From Eledone cirrhosa (lineage: Eukaryota): a DNA stretch of 64,000 nucleotides. Made by a program: the position numbers and the translations under genes. The stretch lies in assembly GCA_964016885.1 (NCBI GenBank), contig OZ024741.1, positions 230,392,001 to 230,456,000 on the forward strand, read 5' to 3'. The notes beneath the pieces were generated by a model. It did not search any database, had not been told where the DNA came from, and saw nothing but the letters and a program-made list of their open reading frames with translations. Below are positions 1 through 15,233 of this stretch, piece after piece. Position 1 is the first letter of the stretch. The number at the start of each line of letters is the position of its first letter.

Positions 1-175
1 CCATTCACTTCAATAAAAAGAAGTCCTCCTCCACAATCATGAACGCATCTTTAGGATATTGTTTAGCAGATGTATCTTTAGATAATATAGTTGAATACAG
101 ATCAGTATAGATCTCTTTCCCGTTTTCCTAGGTATAATATTTGCCGAAATATTGAGAATATATAAGATAAATAAA

Positions 176-360
176 GGGCGGTGGATTGGCAGTATCGGTA
201 GAGAATCGAACGCCATGCTTTCCAGCATAGTTACGTCACTTTACAGTCTGAGTTAAAATCCTGTCGAGGTTAACTTTGCCTTTCATCCTTACGGGGTCGA
301 TAAAATAAAGTACCAGTAATGTACTGGATAATTATGGCCTTGTGCCAAAAGTAAAAACAA
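176..360 (+). mobile_element. tRNA-derived SINE with Nin-type central domain (copy 1)
   Basis: A-box-like TGGCAGTATCGG, degenerate B box, core GCCTTTCATCCTTACGGGGTCGATAAAATAAAGTACCAG; flanked by the direct repeat TATATAAGATAAATAA (159-174 and 361-376). Confidence 0.88.
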
Positions 361-418
361 TATATAAGATAAATAATTTCTACAAACATCTATAGAAATT
401 AAATAGCATAAAATATAC

Positions 419-553
419 CTTTTTGACAATTGTACCCACGATAACCTTTAGCACAACCATCTGAACATGTTCCATTTTCTCTGTCACAGTTTATGTTGTT
501 GATACAATGACATGTTCCATTACAATCTAGACCAAACTTTTCTTCTTCACATG
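419..553 (-). CDS. Host gene exon H, EGF repeat (135 nt); not in the ORF track; gene continues left of the window
   Basis: CEEEKFGLDCNGTCHCINNINCDRENGTCSDGCAKGYRGYNCQK; acceptor tacAG and donor GTata; phase 1-1. Confidence 0.93.
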
Positions 554-1127
554 CTGTATATACGAATATAGACAAAATAATTAAGTTATCATTAATTATA
601 TACTTTTATAGGGATATAAATGAAAAATCATTGATATAATTTATTCCATATCAATAAATATCTAATAAGCCTGTGTTTAGATTAGAGTGGACTTATGACA
701 AAATAATGAAATTGAATTCGTGCAATGAATGAAATTTAGATACACCACATTATATAAAGTAAAATTATTGAAAATAACCTTTTGCACGGTTGAATCTGTA
801 GTAGCTTCTATAACAGCTACCTGGCTATGATCCTTTGATGTTGGTACGTATTTTAGTACAATAACAGTAACGATTACACTTAAGACCAAATTGATGATTA
901 GGAAATTCAGAACTATAAATGCGTATATGTGAGACTAAGATTATGACAATGTATAGATTTTAAGATATTCTTACTCTTTCGGTCATTTGTTTTACGTACA
1001 CTGGAGATAAAAAAAAATATTCCTATCCCTTTCGATAAAATATTTCAAATGAAGACAGTGGAACGGTAGTTATGGAAGATCAAATAATGAAATAATACTG
1101 GTAAAACAAATTTGTTGAAATATGAAT

Positions 1128-1428
1128 TATATATATATAAAACTGAGGATGTCTGTCTGTGTGTGTGTGTGAGTTTGACTCCCTAAAACTCGAGAACCAC
1201 CCAACCGACTATTTTCAAACTTTACACAAGTAATACTTATGTTTCAGGGAGTGTACTGAGCAAAGGAAAGTCAAATTTTCAATGCCCTAGGGACCGCATT
1301 AGGCGATTTAGCGATCTCTCTCTATAATTCTTTGTCTTTCTCTTTTTAGATAGATACATACATATTACATCGCACCCTTATATCTATCTGTATGTCTGGC
1401 TGTCTGCATTACGTATCTTCCCTGAGGA

Positions 1429-1461
<33 letters not shown>

Positions 1462-2037
1462 GTGAGTTTGAATCCCTAAAACTCGAGAAGTACCCAACCG
1501 ACCTTTTTCAAACTTTACATGTGTATTACTTATGTTTCAGGGAGTGTTATGCACATAAACAAATTCAACTTTTTGATCTCCTAGGGCCCGCATTAGTTGA
1601 AAAACTGCGTTTTTTTCAGGTTTTTAGGTTTTTTTTTAGTCGTTACGTTTGAAATTGTAACTATGTATTAGTCAGTTTCTTGTTCATTCCGTGAGCAAAG
1701 AAAATCCAACTTTTTTTAGGCCGCATTAGGTTAAAACCTTAATTTTTTCAGTTTTTAGGGCTTTTTTGAGGGGTTACATCTAGCCGATTTTCCCGAAATT
1801 TCAAGGCATATTATGCACATACAAAAAAATTCACTTTCTTAATCCCCTAGGGCCCGCATTAGGTGAAAACCTGCATTTTTCCTACTTCATCGAGAAAAAT
1901 CTTAAAGATTATCCAGTCATCAGAGTATTCGGTTTCTTTTCATATAGTCCACATATGTAGTTTTTCCACGATTAGGACAATTGGCGGCCCGCGTTCCAAA
2001 ATACCTTATCCCGTGCAACGCCGGGTACCACTGATAG
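1128..2037 (+). mobile_element. Non-autonomous Helitron with an internally duplicated 5' segment
   Basis: 5' tatatatataaaactgaggatgtctg...ccctaaaactcgaga, repeated at about 1421; 3' hairpin cccgtgcaacgccggg followed by a degenerate CTAG (ctgatag); same family as 23252-24012. Confidence 0.75.
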
Positions 2038-2072
2038 TATTATATAATCTAGAAGGACCAATGTAACAATAG

Positions 2073-2860
2073 CCACGTTTAACATCCATCTTCCAGACTA
2101 GCATGTGTTGAACCTTAGGGAAAGAATCAGGTCAGTGTACCATGCTTAGCTTACCCGGGGCAGATTTTGGCTTGGTTTCTACAGCTAGATTCCCTTCCTA
2201 ACGCTAACGACATTTACAATGTGTGCTGGGTGCTTTTTGTCATGTCACCTACACGACCACATTAGTGTGGACTGGGTGCTTTTGTCTTGGAACTAGGGAG
2301 GGGGAATTTGGGGAAATTGAGGACATAGGTAATAAGGGAGGGATGTTTATCACAAAGGGAGGTGTATGGGAGGGGAGAAGGTAGCGGAAGGTGTTGCCTA
2401 TTAGATTTATGCTTCAGCTCAAGCATATGGGTCGCAGCCCTGTGTCATTGACTTGGTGAGGTGTAATTGAAAAAGATCAGCTTTTATTACCTCATCTCAA
2501 GTGTTCCTAGGCCTGCCCACTCAACGGCTACCATAAACTTTGAATGCTATGCACCTTTTTATACAGCTGCCAGCCTTCATACGCATCACATGTCCATACC
2601 AATACAATCTCCTCTCCTGCATGCAACAACTGATCCTTATCATGTCTAATTTCTCACGCAGTACATTTATACTTTGCCGTTCACATATATTGCTATTGTA
2701 CATCCAGCGAAATATGGAGGCTTTATTTCTTTCTAATCTTTGTAGGTCCTCAGCACACAGTGCCCAGGTCTCGCTGATGTGCAATATTGCTGTTAGTATA
2801 CATGCATCGTACAGTCTGCTTTTCATTTTGAGGGAAAAAGACGAGAAAAAACCGAAGTAG
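2073..2860 (-). mobile_element. RTE-clade LINE 3' fragment
   Basis: KSRLYDACILTAILHISETWAL...LERNKASIFRWM...RRLYWYGHVMRM; homologous to 13800-14160 and 45000-45400. Confidence 0.85.
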
Positions 2861-2974
2861 TAAGGGAGCGGAGAGAAAGAGAGTATAAGATTCCACACTA
2901 CTGACATTAAATGAAATAAATAACCATATAATTTCTTTCATTCAACCTTCAAAACTTGATTCAGTGGAATGATA

Positions 2975-3465
2975 CTAATGTCCCCCCCCCCTCCCCACAC
3001 ACACAGCTCCAGCGAACAATATGGAGAAAGCGTTGCTCCGGAGGACGGCAAGTGAGACTCGCTGGAAAAGCCACTCCAACTCGCGGGGTTCACACCTGCG
3101 GCTGGCCAGCTCAACGCCTATGGTGGTGAGTAGGGAGGTAGCCTTAGGGCCGAGGACACCAGATGTCTCCACTGCCAAGGGTACAACCGCAAATCTGTCG
3201 GAGAGCGATCGGTTTTTGAGGAGTTTTGCCTCCTCAGCCCGACGTGCAGCAGAACCTGGGTTAGTCGCAGACTGCACCAGGTTGCGGCTGCAAAAAGTGT
3301 CGGTGCAAGTGGCATCCCAGACGAGGGGTTTGCCACCGCGGAACGGGTAGATGGTCATGCCATCTAGCCTTTTGTCCTCCCCTCGGTCCAGCCCCACGGG
3401 TCGAGCTGGGAAGGGAAGCCTGCAGCCTTCAAGCCATGCTTCGGTCAGCAGGGCAAGACGTATTT
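2975..3465 (-). mobile_element. CRE-like non-LTR retrotransposon fragment (restriction-like endonuclease region)
   Basis: KRLDGMTIYPFRGGKPLVWDATCTDTF...PLAVETSG...WLFQRVSLAVLRSNA; second copy at 25160-25530. Confidence 0.75.
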
Positions 3466-3749
3466 TCTTGGGCTCTGCTAGAGTCAGCAGCAACACACAA
3501 AACTACGTGCTGCTACACACAGGGGAAAACATAACCCCCGAAATAGAGATATGTACATTTACATCTTTATATCTAAATATCGTTATTATTATTTACTGAT
3601 GTCCCTCTGTGTTTAACGTGAACATTTCTGGACCTAAACAATTCAACATCAAACGAGGTAAACATTTTCAACCTTTCCACATCCACTCTGTCTGAATGTT
3701 CTCTTAACGTAACATCTGCTCCAAGCTCTATTTAAGATTTGTTTACCAT

Positions 3750-4845
3750 ACATTGATGATCTTACGCTTGGATTACCCATTACTCAAATACTTTTGCGTT
3801 CCAAACATTCGCGACTATAACTCACTGTCTAATACAAGATTCCTGGAATAAGAATGTGCTGCTATGATGGAATACATTCTAGAATGGAAACATAACCACA
3901 AATAATAAATGTTATTAACCATTGATAGGAACCTCACAAATATAACGCACCAAAATATACGTGAAGAGCGAGAGAAAGAAACAAAATAAAATGAAAGGGA
4001 AAGAAAAAAAAACGACCATCAATTCACTGCCAAATAATTTTTTTGAATCAGATTAGAAAGAGAGAAGAAAAAAAACCAACACGTGCTGCTCCCCACATGG
4101 ATATACACATATATATGTGTGTATTGACATACCAACACGCATATGTACGTGAGCATACATGTATGTGTGTATATGTATGAGGTATGTTAATATTATACCA
4201 TTAATTGGAGCAAGCATACCCATTTACAGACTTTTTCATTCCATTGCAAAGAGAGCCGTAGAGAGCTGTTATACTAGTCGCGAATTATTAAACATTATAG
4301 TTCGCCATATGTAACCCAACACTCGAAGTCCATAAAGATGTTGGATCTGACATCGATGAAGGAAATTTGCTTGTATCAGATACCAACCCTCTTGAGTTAA
4401 TGAATGTTTATCTTAAACATTTACCACGCTGCTTCAAAAGTTCTAACACATTCCTAAATCCACTAGACTCTATCCATATCTACACTGATGATTTTACGCT
4501 TGGATTATCTGATTACCTAATAGTCAAAAATTCGTCCCAAACATACGCGGCATTAATTCACAGCTTAATCCATGATGCTGGGAAGCAGAATGTGCTGTTA
4601 TGATGGAATACATCCTAGAATGGAAATATAACCTCAAATAATAAATTTTATTAACCATCGATAAGAACCTCAAAAATTTAACGCACCGAAACATACGAGA
4701 AGTGCGAGGGAAATAAAAAAAAACAAATAGAAACACATAAAACAATACAAAACCAACAGAACCACCAATTCACTGCGAAATAATTTGAATCGGATTAGAC
4801 AGAGAGAAAGAAAAAAATAGAGAATATTTTTATTTGCCGTTGTGC
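3750..4845 (+). repeat. Diverged direct repeat pair of about 340 bp (about 3750-4090 and 4482-4845), possibly Penelope-like remnants
   Basis: Shared blocks ttacgcttggatt, agaatgtgctg.tatgatggaataca, ttattaaccat.gata.gaacctca and ccaattcactgc-like. Confidence 0.6.
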
Positions 4846-5149
4846 TGCCAAATGATGCCGAGAGCCACTTACTCGCATCTTGGGTCAGAAGGCTACAGCA
4901 ACAGGTCAATAACAACGACCACACATCTTCGGCAAAAGAAGGCACTCGAGCCTCACCATACAGCCTGGAAGCCCGAATTGGTAGCAGTTTCATCTACCAC
5001 CACCATTAACAAGAGGAAGGCCACGACAGCAACAGTGACATTAACAACACATATGTGTATACATCAACACCTTACCAGCAATCACATTGGCCTTCGTCAA
5101 GGCCAATGTTTCGTCCTTTGGGCAAGCGCCCGTTCCAATCGTGCCTAGG

Positions 5150-5578
5150 GACGCCTCACCCCACCCTCGGGTACCCCTAATCTTCCACCCCTGAGGCCAG
5201 CGCTAAGCGTTTGCGTGACCGCGAAAATGCCAAATTAATCATGGGTGATGTCTCGGCCGCAGTCAGAGTGGCTGCCTCAGAGGACACTGTCCTCCAAACC
5301 TCCGAGGAGGTCCTGGCTGCCCTGCGACTCAAGCACCATGAGCCACCCACTGATCTCAGACCCATACCCTCACCCGATCCCCACTTGCTTCTTGTGGCGT
5401 CCGACGCAGACATCATGTTCGCCATCAAGTCCTTCCCAGCTAGCAGCAGCAGAGATGCTGATAGTCTCCGACCAGGCCACGTCAAGGAGTTGCTATACTC
5501 CCTCTCCACTGAGGCCGGGCGACGCCTTCTGAGTGCAATTGTGGCACTCACCAATAGGCTCATCCATGGCACCCTGCA
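5150..5578 (+). mobile_element. CRE-like retrotransposon fragment (region at the start of RT)
   Basis: GDVSAAVRVAASED...LRLKH...AIKSFPASSSRDADSLRPGHVKELL, resembling the SFPxGSxxGxDGLRPxHLK block. Confidence 0.65.
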
Positions 5579-5583
5579 CACTC

Positions 5584-7284
<1,701 letters not shown>

Positions 7285-7418
7285 TTATCTTGACTCTGTA
7301 TACCGTTTATCTTTCACCGAAAGTCGTTTTTCATTGCATCTCTTCTTTCCATGATATCCGGAATACATTGAGTTCTTCATACGGATTGGACACTACCGTA
7401 AACTCTTGGTAGATTTAT

Positions 7419-7502
7419 CTATATATATATATATATATATAGATATAGATATATATATATATAGATATAGATATATATATATAGATATATATAGATATAG
7501 AT

Positions 7503-7577
<75 letters not shown>

Positions 7578-7585
7578 GAGAGAGA
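7419..7585. repeat. (TA)n/(TAGA)n/(GA)n microsatellite
   Basis: Directly visible. Confidence 0.97.
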
Positions 7586-7683
7586 ATTGAGGTTGGTAAT
7601 GGCACATGGAATATATAAGAGACAGAATACTTTTTTGTGAAAAAACATAATTTTATAAGGTAAGGAAATAATAAAGGGTATAA

Positions 7684-7731
7684 AAAATGACCGGTTTCGA
7701 TGGGTCTGCAAAAGCCATCTTTTCAAATGTT
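7684..7731 (-). ncRNA. Degenerate minimal hammerhead motif
   Basis: Minus strand AACAT-TTGAAAA-GATGG...CCATC-GAAA-CCGG-TC-ATTTT: stem II and the ACCGGT/GUC site are intact, the CUGANGA box is mutated. Confidence 0.5.
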
Positions 7732-8042
7732 GATTAATATTAAGTAAAATTAATAATAAGAAGAGTTAAAATTTGAGATTTGAAAATTCAAGTATAAAAT
7801 TCATTGTGGGATTTCATAGTAGTTTTCATCTTGGTAGCAGCTCGTTGACTGCTGGGTGCCTTTCTGGTAGTGAATGAGAAGTTATTTGGGGGTGTGGGTT
7901 ATTTTATAAAGGTCAAATTTAGCAATGGCCAGATGGCCAGCTGCTGGTCAGTGAGGGGGTGGAAGCAATATACATACATATATCTTCCTGTGGTAGGTAG
8001 GAGAGGGGAGATTGATAGAAAGGGATTTAGTGCACTTACACC

Positions 8043-8472
8043 TATATATACACACACATATACATACATATACATATACATACACATATATACATATATA
8101 TATATCTATACATATACACACGTACATACACACACACATACACATATATACACACACACATACACATATATGCACACACACACATATATATATACACACA
8201 CACACACATATATATACATACACATACATCCAGATACACACATACATACACACACACACACATATATATATGTGTACATACACATATATACACACATACA
8301 TACCCATATATATATACACCCCCACCCCCACACATACATACACACACACACATATATATACATACACACATACAAACACACACACACACACATATATATA
8401 CACATACATACACCCACACACAGAGAAATGGCCTCCAAATATATATATATATACATACATACACATATATAT
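8043..8472. repeat. (CA)n/(TA)n low-complexity tract
   Basis: Directly visible. Confidence 0.95.
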
Positions 8473-8789
8473 TTTTTTCCATAATATAAGAAGTTAGGAC
8501 AGTGAAATTAAAATACAAGTCATTCTGATCACATTGAGTTCTTCATGTAGATTGGGCCCCGCAACCGACAGTGGTGAATTCTGTGTGCGCATATATATAT
8601 AGATATATGTGTGTGCACGTGCAGGGTTTAACATGGATGTGTTGGTCACACAAAGGCATGGTCTGTCAACGAATAAACCTGATTCTACAGAATTGGTCTC
8701 TGGTCTTTAATAGTAGTGATAATTATATACATGCACACATACAAACACATATATCTGTCACTCCGTGCGTATGTGTGTTTATATTTTAT

Positions 8790-9205
8790 GACAATTCTAT
8801 TGGGGTGAATATTAGTGGGATCTTCCGGAGCCGCCTGAGCCGAGCGATGTTGACCAGTGAGGCTCGGCCGTCAGGAAAGCTCGCTGTCCCATCAAGTGGT
8901 GTGTCAGACGGCCGTGGCTGGGAAGACGTGGGGAAGAGGCAGCTCCTGGATCTCCACGCTGCGAGAGCATTGGAAGTTCGACGAGTCAAACCAACGCAGG
9001 TGAGGTGGTGGAAGCAGCCGCACCCCAAATAGTTCCGGCCTCTCTTCCGTTTGTTAGTGGTGGTGCAAGTGCTGCAGGTGTCGGCTTGGAGGTCTGGGGA
9101 ATGGGGCGTGGGGCCGGGGACTGGGACGCCGAGCGGAATCAGGGGTGGATGGCTGGCGTATGTGGGTAGAAGGGAAATTGCTGGTAAGAGGGCCTCATAG
9201 CTCAC
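8790..9205 (-). mobile_element. Retrotransposon N-terminal fragment with a PHD-finger-like motif (probably the CRE-like family)
   Basis: CSTC...CGCFHHLTCVGL...W.SRSC followed by LRRLRKIP; the TTT.NKRK block recurs near 4990 next to the CRE fragment. Confidence 0.5.
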
Positions 9206-10222
9206 CTATATATATGGAGGTGCCAGAAAACAAGAGAGAAAGGAAGGGGCTGCATGGAGGGGGAGACACAGGAAGGTAGAATGGTAGTAAATGAATGAAT
9301 GAATGGATGGATGGATGTACACACAAAAAGGGGGGGGTCAAGGGGTTGTTCCCAGCGGAAAGACCCACAGTTCAGCAGGAACACATGCCAGCAACTTAGC
9401 AGTTTCTCATAGGACCTAGTGGCTGGAGGTGAGTCACTGATGCTGGCTTCCTCTTGTTAATGGTAGAGTTGTTTTTGTTAATGTCACTGTTGTCGTCGTT
9501 GCCTTAACTCTACATCCATCGTATACTCCTTCTTTGATATCAGAAAATATTGTTACACTTTTTATATATGACACAACTTTCGCTTGTGGGTGTGGAAATA
9601 TGTGGCGCTCAATAATTTACTAATAACACTAGCTGTTTAAATGAAACAATTTTGTTAAAACTGTGACTATATCCTACTAAGTAATTCATATCCTTCCGAT
9701 ATTACTTTATTTCGGTAGTGCACACGTTAGCACATACACACACGAGCTCGTGCATAAATATACACATATATTGTGTATACATATACTCATATATTGTAGT
9801 GGGATAAATATACACATATATTGTAGTGGGATCATCAAAACACCGCAGGGGATTAACACATGAATGGAATTTTCGAAAATACATTGAGATATAAATATGT
9901 GTAGTAATAACTATTAAAACAGTTATTTTATTTCCTTGTATATCTGGGAGAAATAATGTAATTAATAAGGTGGAATAATGAAAACATGTCTGATACAAAA
10001 TGTAACATAGAATTAAAAAGGATTTAATGTAGATATAACTACAGGTTTTGAATGAGAAATCTTGCTGTGAAAAGAATAAAGTGTAAAAACTATCTAGGGA
10101 ATTTGACATAGATGGAAGGAAATCATATCCGAAAGGTATGAGGAAAATCCCTTACATTTTTGCAATGGAATATTGTTAGTGTGTTTACATTTTTTTGTTG
10201 TCATAGCAAGGCTTCTAATAAT

Positions 10223-10331
10223 TGTTTCTACTTTAGGCACAAGGCCAGCAAATACCCAGTGCATTACTGGTACTTCTTTTTTATCGACCTCCGTAAGGAT
10301 GAAAGGTAAAGTTAACTTCGGCGGGATTTGA
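10223..10331 (-). mobile_element. 5'-truncated SINE (copy 2) with an 18-bp target-site duplication
   Basis: AGCAAGGCTTCTAATAAT at 10205-10222 and 10332-10349. Confidence 0.9.
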
Positions 10332-10453
10332 AGCAAGGCTTCTAATAATGGAACCTGTAATTATGTCTATATCAAATGTATCTTAAATCTTCTTTTATGG
10401 TTTATATTCTGCTTACATATTACTGTTTATATAATATATATATACATAAATAC

Positions 10454-10588
10454 CTCGCTGACAATCGGCATCCTGATATCCTGCTAAACATCCATCTGCA
10501 CATGTTCCATCTTTTTTGTCACAGTTTGTATTGTTCTTACAATGGCAAGTTTTATTACAATTTTTACCAAACGTTCCTGAATTACATT
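10454..10588 (-). CDS. Host gene exon G, EGF repeat (135 nt)
   Basis: CNSGTFGKNCNKTCHCKNNTNCDKKDGTCADGCLAGYQDADCQR; acceptor ctttcAG and donor GTattt. Confidence 0.93.
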
Positions 10589-10619
10589 CTGAAAGAATAT
10601 CATTATAGACAAAATAATT

Positions 10620-10718
10620 CATATATCATTAATTGCATTATATCATTAATTCATATATCATTAATTGCATTATATCATTAATTCATATATCATTAATTGC
10701 ATTATATCATTAATTGCA
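10620..10718. repeat. Minisatellite, about 3 x 32 bp (atatatcattaattgcattatatcattaattc)
   Basis: Directly visible, about 30 nt upstream of the exon G acceptor. Confidence 0.85.
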
Positions 10719-11116
10719 TACATGTAATATTGTGACTGTAATAGGTTCCCATGAGACCCAGAAAACGAAATGTACTGACGCACACACACACATATATATA
10801 TATACTTTATGTATGTATGTATGTATGTATGTATGTATGTATGTATGTGTGTGTGTGTGTGTGTGTGTGGTGTCTGTGGTGTGTGTGTGTGTGTGTGTAA
10901 TTACTACCAACTACCCTTCTACTAGAACCCAAGGTGACTATAACTTCTGATTGGTCCAACTGTTTACCATCTACACAAAAAACCTCACACGTCCATTCAA
11001 CTAATGAAATACAATCACATATATACACTATGAGGCCAGGAATTATTATATTTAAAAAAAACGAATTAAAACTGTAATTGAAACTTATCCTGGTAAATTG
11101 CATTACATGCAATAAT

Positions 11117-11301
11117 TGTTTCTACTTTAGGCACAAGGCCAGTAATTAACCAATTCATTACTGGTACTTTATTTTATCGACCCCGTAAGGATGAAAGGCA
11201 AAATCAACCTCGGCGGGATTTGAACTCAGATGGTAAAGGGACGTAACTATGCTGGAAAGCATGGCGTCCGACCCTCTACCGATACTGCCAAACCACCGCC
11301 T
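11117..11301 (-). mobile_element. Full-length SINE (copy 3) with a 14-bp target-site duplication
   Basis: B box GAGTTCAAATCCC; TTACATGCAATAAT at 11103-11116 and 11302-11315. Confidence 0.92.
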
Positions 11302-11822
11302 TTACATGCAATAATGGCTCGAACTGTGCAGTTTCTACCGCTTCTGTAATCATTCTGTCATCCTCTGAATATATATATATAAATGAAAACATACGGAGAC
11401 ACAAAAAAACAACAACATAATAAAACAAAATCCACACAGAGATAGAACAAACAACCAACTAATGACAGGTAAATAAACACAGACACACACACAGACCGAT
11501 GTTACACATGCGCAAATCAAGCACACAGCACACAACCCACAAAAACAAGATGGTGTAGTAAAGAACAAAGGAGAGACACAAAATAGAAAATCAGTAACTG
11601 AGGAAGTCACATGATGTGTGACGAAAGAGCTTTAACAATATATAAACAACCATCCAGTTATTGAACCAACCAACCGGACATTTATAATAAATTGAAGTGA
11701 AAACCAACAGGGGCGTATGTTTTTATTGACAGCATGACTCACCCAAAGATGTTCTTTTATATATATATATATATTGATGTGTATGATTATATATATCTGT
11801 ATATTTGAGTGTTGAGTGTTTG

Positions 11823-11866
<44 letters not shown>

Positions 11867-11871
11867 ATAAC

Positions 11872-14293
11872 CTACAAATGAGGCGAGCACATAAGCCCGA
11901 TTGACTTCGTGCTAGTTAGGCAGCGAGACAGACAGATGTTGTCAAATACTAAGGGTATGCCCCGGAGAAAAGTGTACAAAACATAGGTTAGTCGGTATTG
12001 ACATCTCAATAAGCAGAGACAGAATGAGACACACAGAAAGGTGTGGAAAAAGAAGGTCTGGAAGCTAATAGATTTAGGAAAGCCCTTCAAGATGTGTATG
12101 ACGAAAAAAAAAGACGGGTTTGAATCGTATGACATAAATGATAACTGGAATTTCTTACGTGACAACTGTCTGCAGGCTACTGAAGAAACTTGTGTCTGGA
12201 GCTCTGCTCCAGCCAGAAGACCCTCTGTTTGTCTGGCTGGAACAGAGCTCCAGCCAGTCAGACACAGGGTGACATGGTGGTGGAACAACACGGTAGATAG
12301 AGCCATTAAAGAAGAAAGACTAGCATGGAAGACTTGGAAAAATGGTGGGAGTAGAGACCGATAGAAAGCCGCTAAAAGGTGTACTTAGCTCACAGGGCAG
12401 CTGAGAGTAGGAGGTTTGCCAATGTTTTGCGACGAAAAGATCAGAGACGTGCGGTGTTCCGCATTGCAAGGCAGTGTGTCAGTGAAAATCAGGTTGGAGA
12501 TAAGTGTGTCTGAAATGATGCAGGTACACTTAGTGTCACTGATGCTCAGAAAAAGGAGGCCTGGAAATATCATTATGAAAGACTAATGAATGTTGAGAAC
12601 GAATGGGAGAGGGAGAAACTACACCCAGTAACCCCGACTGAGGGATCAGCTATTGAGTTTGACGACTATAGGTTCAAAGAGGCAATTAAGAAAATGAAAG
12701 ATAGTAAGGTCACAGGACCATCAGGGGTAGTTGCTGAGAGGTTGAAGGATCTGGAGAAGTAGGAACTAAACTGGTTGAACGCATCGTCAATCAAGCTATA
12801 TATGGCGGAGTCATACCCAAAGACTGGTGCAGCAGTATTCTTATAAATTGCCACAAAGGTAAAGGGGATGCTCTGGAGAGGAGCAATTATAGGGGCATAA
12901 ATCTGATGGATCAGGTTATGAAAGTATCAGAAAAAATACTAGCGCAACTAATTAGCGAAAGGGTCAAATTAGATGAGATGCAGTTTGGTTTTGAGAGGTT
13001 CATAGAGAACAGTAAGTCACTAAGCGTAGCTTTTGTTGACCCAGATAAGGTCTTTGGTAGAGCACCCTGATCTGTCATCTGGTGGTCCGGAAGGAAATTA
13101 GGTGTAGAGGAATAGCTAGTGAGGACAGTGCAAGCTATGTAGAGCGGTGCTGTCAGTAAAATGAGAGTAAAGATGGAGTTTAGTGAGGAATTCCAGATAC
13201 AAGGAGGAGTACATCAGGGTTCGGTCCTCAGCCCACTCTTGTTCATTATATTTCTCCAAGCCATAACAGAGGAGTTTAAGACTGGTTGCCCATGGGAACC
13301 TCTCTGTGCAGAATCAGTAGAGGAGCTAGAGAATAAATTCTGTTTATGGAAACAGCAGTTGGAATCAAGAAGAATGAGAGGGAACCGAGGTAAATTGTTG
13401 ATAAGTAGAAAAGAGAATAAAACTCTGATTCCATCAGGGAAATGGCCATGTTCGATATGTAGAAAAGGAGTTGGCATAAATTCTATAAAATGTACACAAT
13501 GCAGATCTTGGGTACACAAGAAAAGTAGTGGGATAGCAGACAAACTAACAGGAAGGGAAAACTACATATGCAGTAGATGTACAGGGAAATTTGACAGATA
13601 GAAGTCGCAGTGATAGACGGCCTCTATAGAGGTGGTTGATAGCTTCCGATACCTAGGTGATCAGATTAGCATGAGAGGAGAGTGCTCCGAGGCCATAGTA
13701 TCTAGAATAAGGACGGGTTGGAAGAAGTTTAGGGAGCTTCTTCCTCTGTTGACAAAGAAGGCGTTCTCCCTACGAACGAAAAGCCGGCTATATGGTGCCT
13801 GTGTGAGATACGTGATTCTGATGTACTCCTCCTTGTATGCGTGATGCTGCATGGTAGTGAGACATGGGCATTAACTGCAGAGGATATGCGACGACTGGAG
13901 AGAAATGAAGCAAGTGTGCTCCGTTGGATGTCTAATGTCAATATGCGTGAACGACGAAGCATAAACGAGTTGAGAGAGAAACTGTGTATAAGAGGGATAA
14001 GTTGTAGTGTGCGGGAGAGAAGACTGCTTTGGCATGGACATGTCATGCGCATGGAGGATAACCACTGGGTAAAGAAGTGCCAAGAAATCCCAGTAGAAGG
14101 AAGACGCAGCAGAGGAAGATGGCGAAAATCATGGGCTGAGGTGGTGAGCGCTGACCTCAGTCGCTGAAGCTCACGGAGGAGATGACAAAGGGCCGTGACG
14201 AATGGAGAGATGCTGTGCTGAATATGAACCAACCCCACCCCTTTTTCAAGCAGGGAAAAGCGGACGTAAAATGATGATGATGAAGATGATGAT
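11872..14293 (+). mobile_element. RTE-clade LINE, 5'-truncated and decayed (end of APE, RT, 3' tail)
   Basis: IDFVL, GVHQGSVLSPLLF, FRYLGD, HGSETW, RRLLWHGHVMRM; many stops and frameshifts; (TGA)n tail. Confidence 0.92.
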
Positions 14294-14325
14294 AGAGAGA
14301 GAGAGACAGACATGATGATTATATA

Positions 14326-14370
<45 letters not shown>

Positions 14371-15055
14371 ATTACAATTACAATATGTACAACGGACAAA
14401 TATTAATACCATGTAGGACCCACAGCGGAATATGGATGGTCACACATGCACACACACAGGCAGCTGATCACAGACATACTTATGCTGATGTACACCAGTG
14501 TATATGCTGATGCATACACGCAAACATATATAACAGATATGTAGAGTGGATCACCTACACCATATATATATATATATATATACCTAAATGTATCCAGAAG
14601 TTGCGGAGACATAAATACTCTAATTGATATATAGATATTCCAGATACACATGTTTCTTTCATGTTAAATCTATTCTATGGATGTAATTTTCTTTTTTCTT
14701 TAAGAATTAAAAAAATTAGAAAAACTAAGATTTAATTCATTTTCTTGTTTATTTTTGAATGAGAATTTATCATATTTCGTAATATATAAGACCAACTTAA
14801 TAAATGAATAAATAAATCGATCTGAAAGATATTTATTTTTTATAGGTGAACTTTAGCAATATGTTTTAATAAAATTAATTGCTTATGTGTAAGACTGAAA
14901 ACATTTTTTCTTAATATAATCCCATGAAAGCATGTCAAGCCTTATATGACCATTGGTCAGATACGTTTCTGATAGACTGTAATGTATTCAGAGTCAAAAC
15001 AATAAACACGAAGAGGCAAAACCACATCAATTAATAGATCTAGCACGGTAATATA

Positions 15056-15233
15056 ATTGTTTCTATTTTTGGCAGAAGGCCAGCAATTATGCCAGTGTAT
15101 TTCTGGTGCTTTATTTTATCGACCCCGTAAAGATGAAAGGCAAAGTTAACCTCGGCGGGATTTGAACTCAGACCATAAAGGGCCGTCATTATTTGCTGCA
15201 AAGCATGGTGTCAGTCCCTCTACCGATACTGCC
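15056..15233 (-). mobile_element. SINE (copy 4)
   Basis: Same A/B boxes and Nin core as copy 3. Confidence 0.88.

Noticed and set aside
4482-4710. CTGATGA...CCGAAAC as a hammerhead
   Set aside because: The stem II strands do not pair in either repeat copy and there is no convincing NUH or stem I.
7870-8518. HT/VCVY-rich ORFs
   Set aside because: (CA)n/(TA)n low-complexity sequence; the same applies to similar ORFs near 10710, 33960, 36914 and 39916.
11200-11301. tRNA gene
   Set aside because: It has A/B boxes but no cloverleaf, continues into a SINE body, and is multi-copy with TSDs.
11316-11372. CAGAGGA...GAAACTGCACAGTT (minus) as a hammerhead
   Set aside because: The core U is mutated, stem II pairs poorly and there is no stem I; at best a relic.
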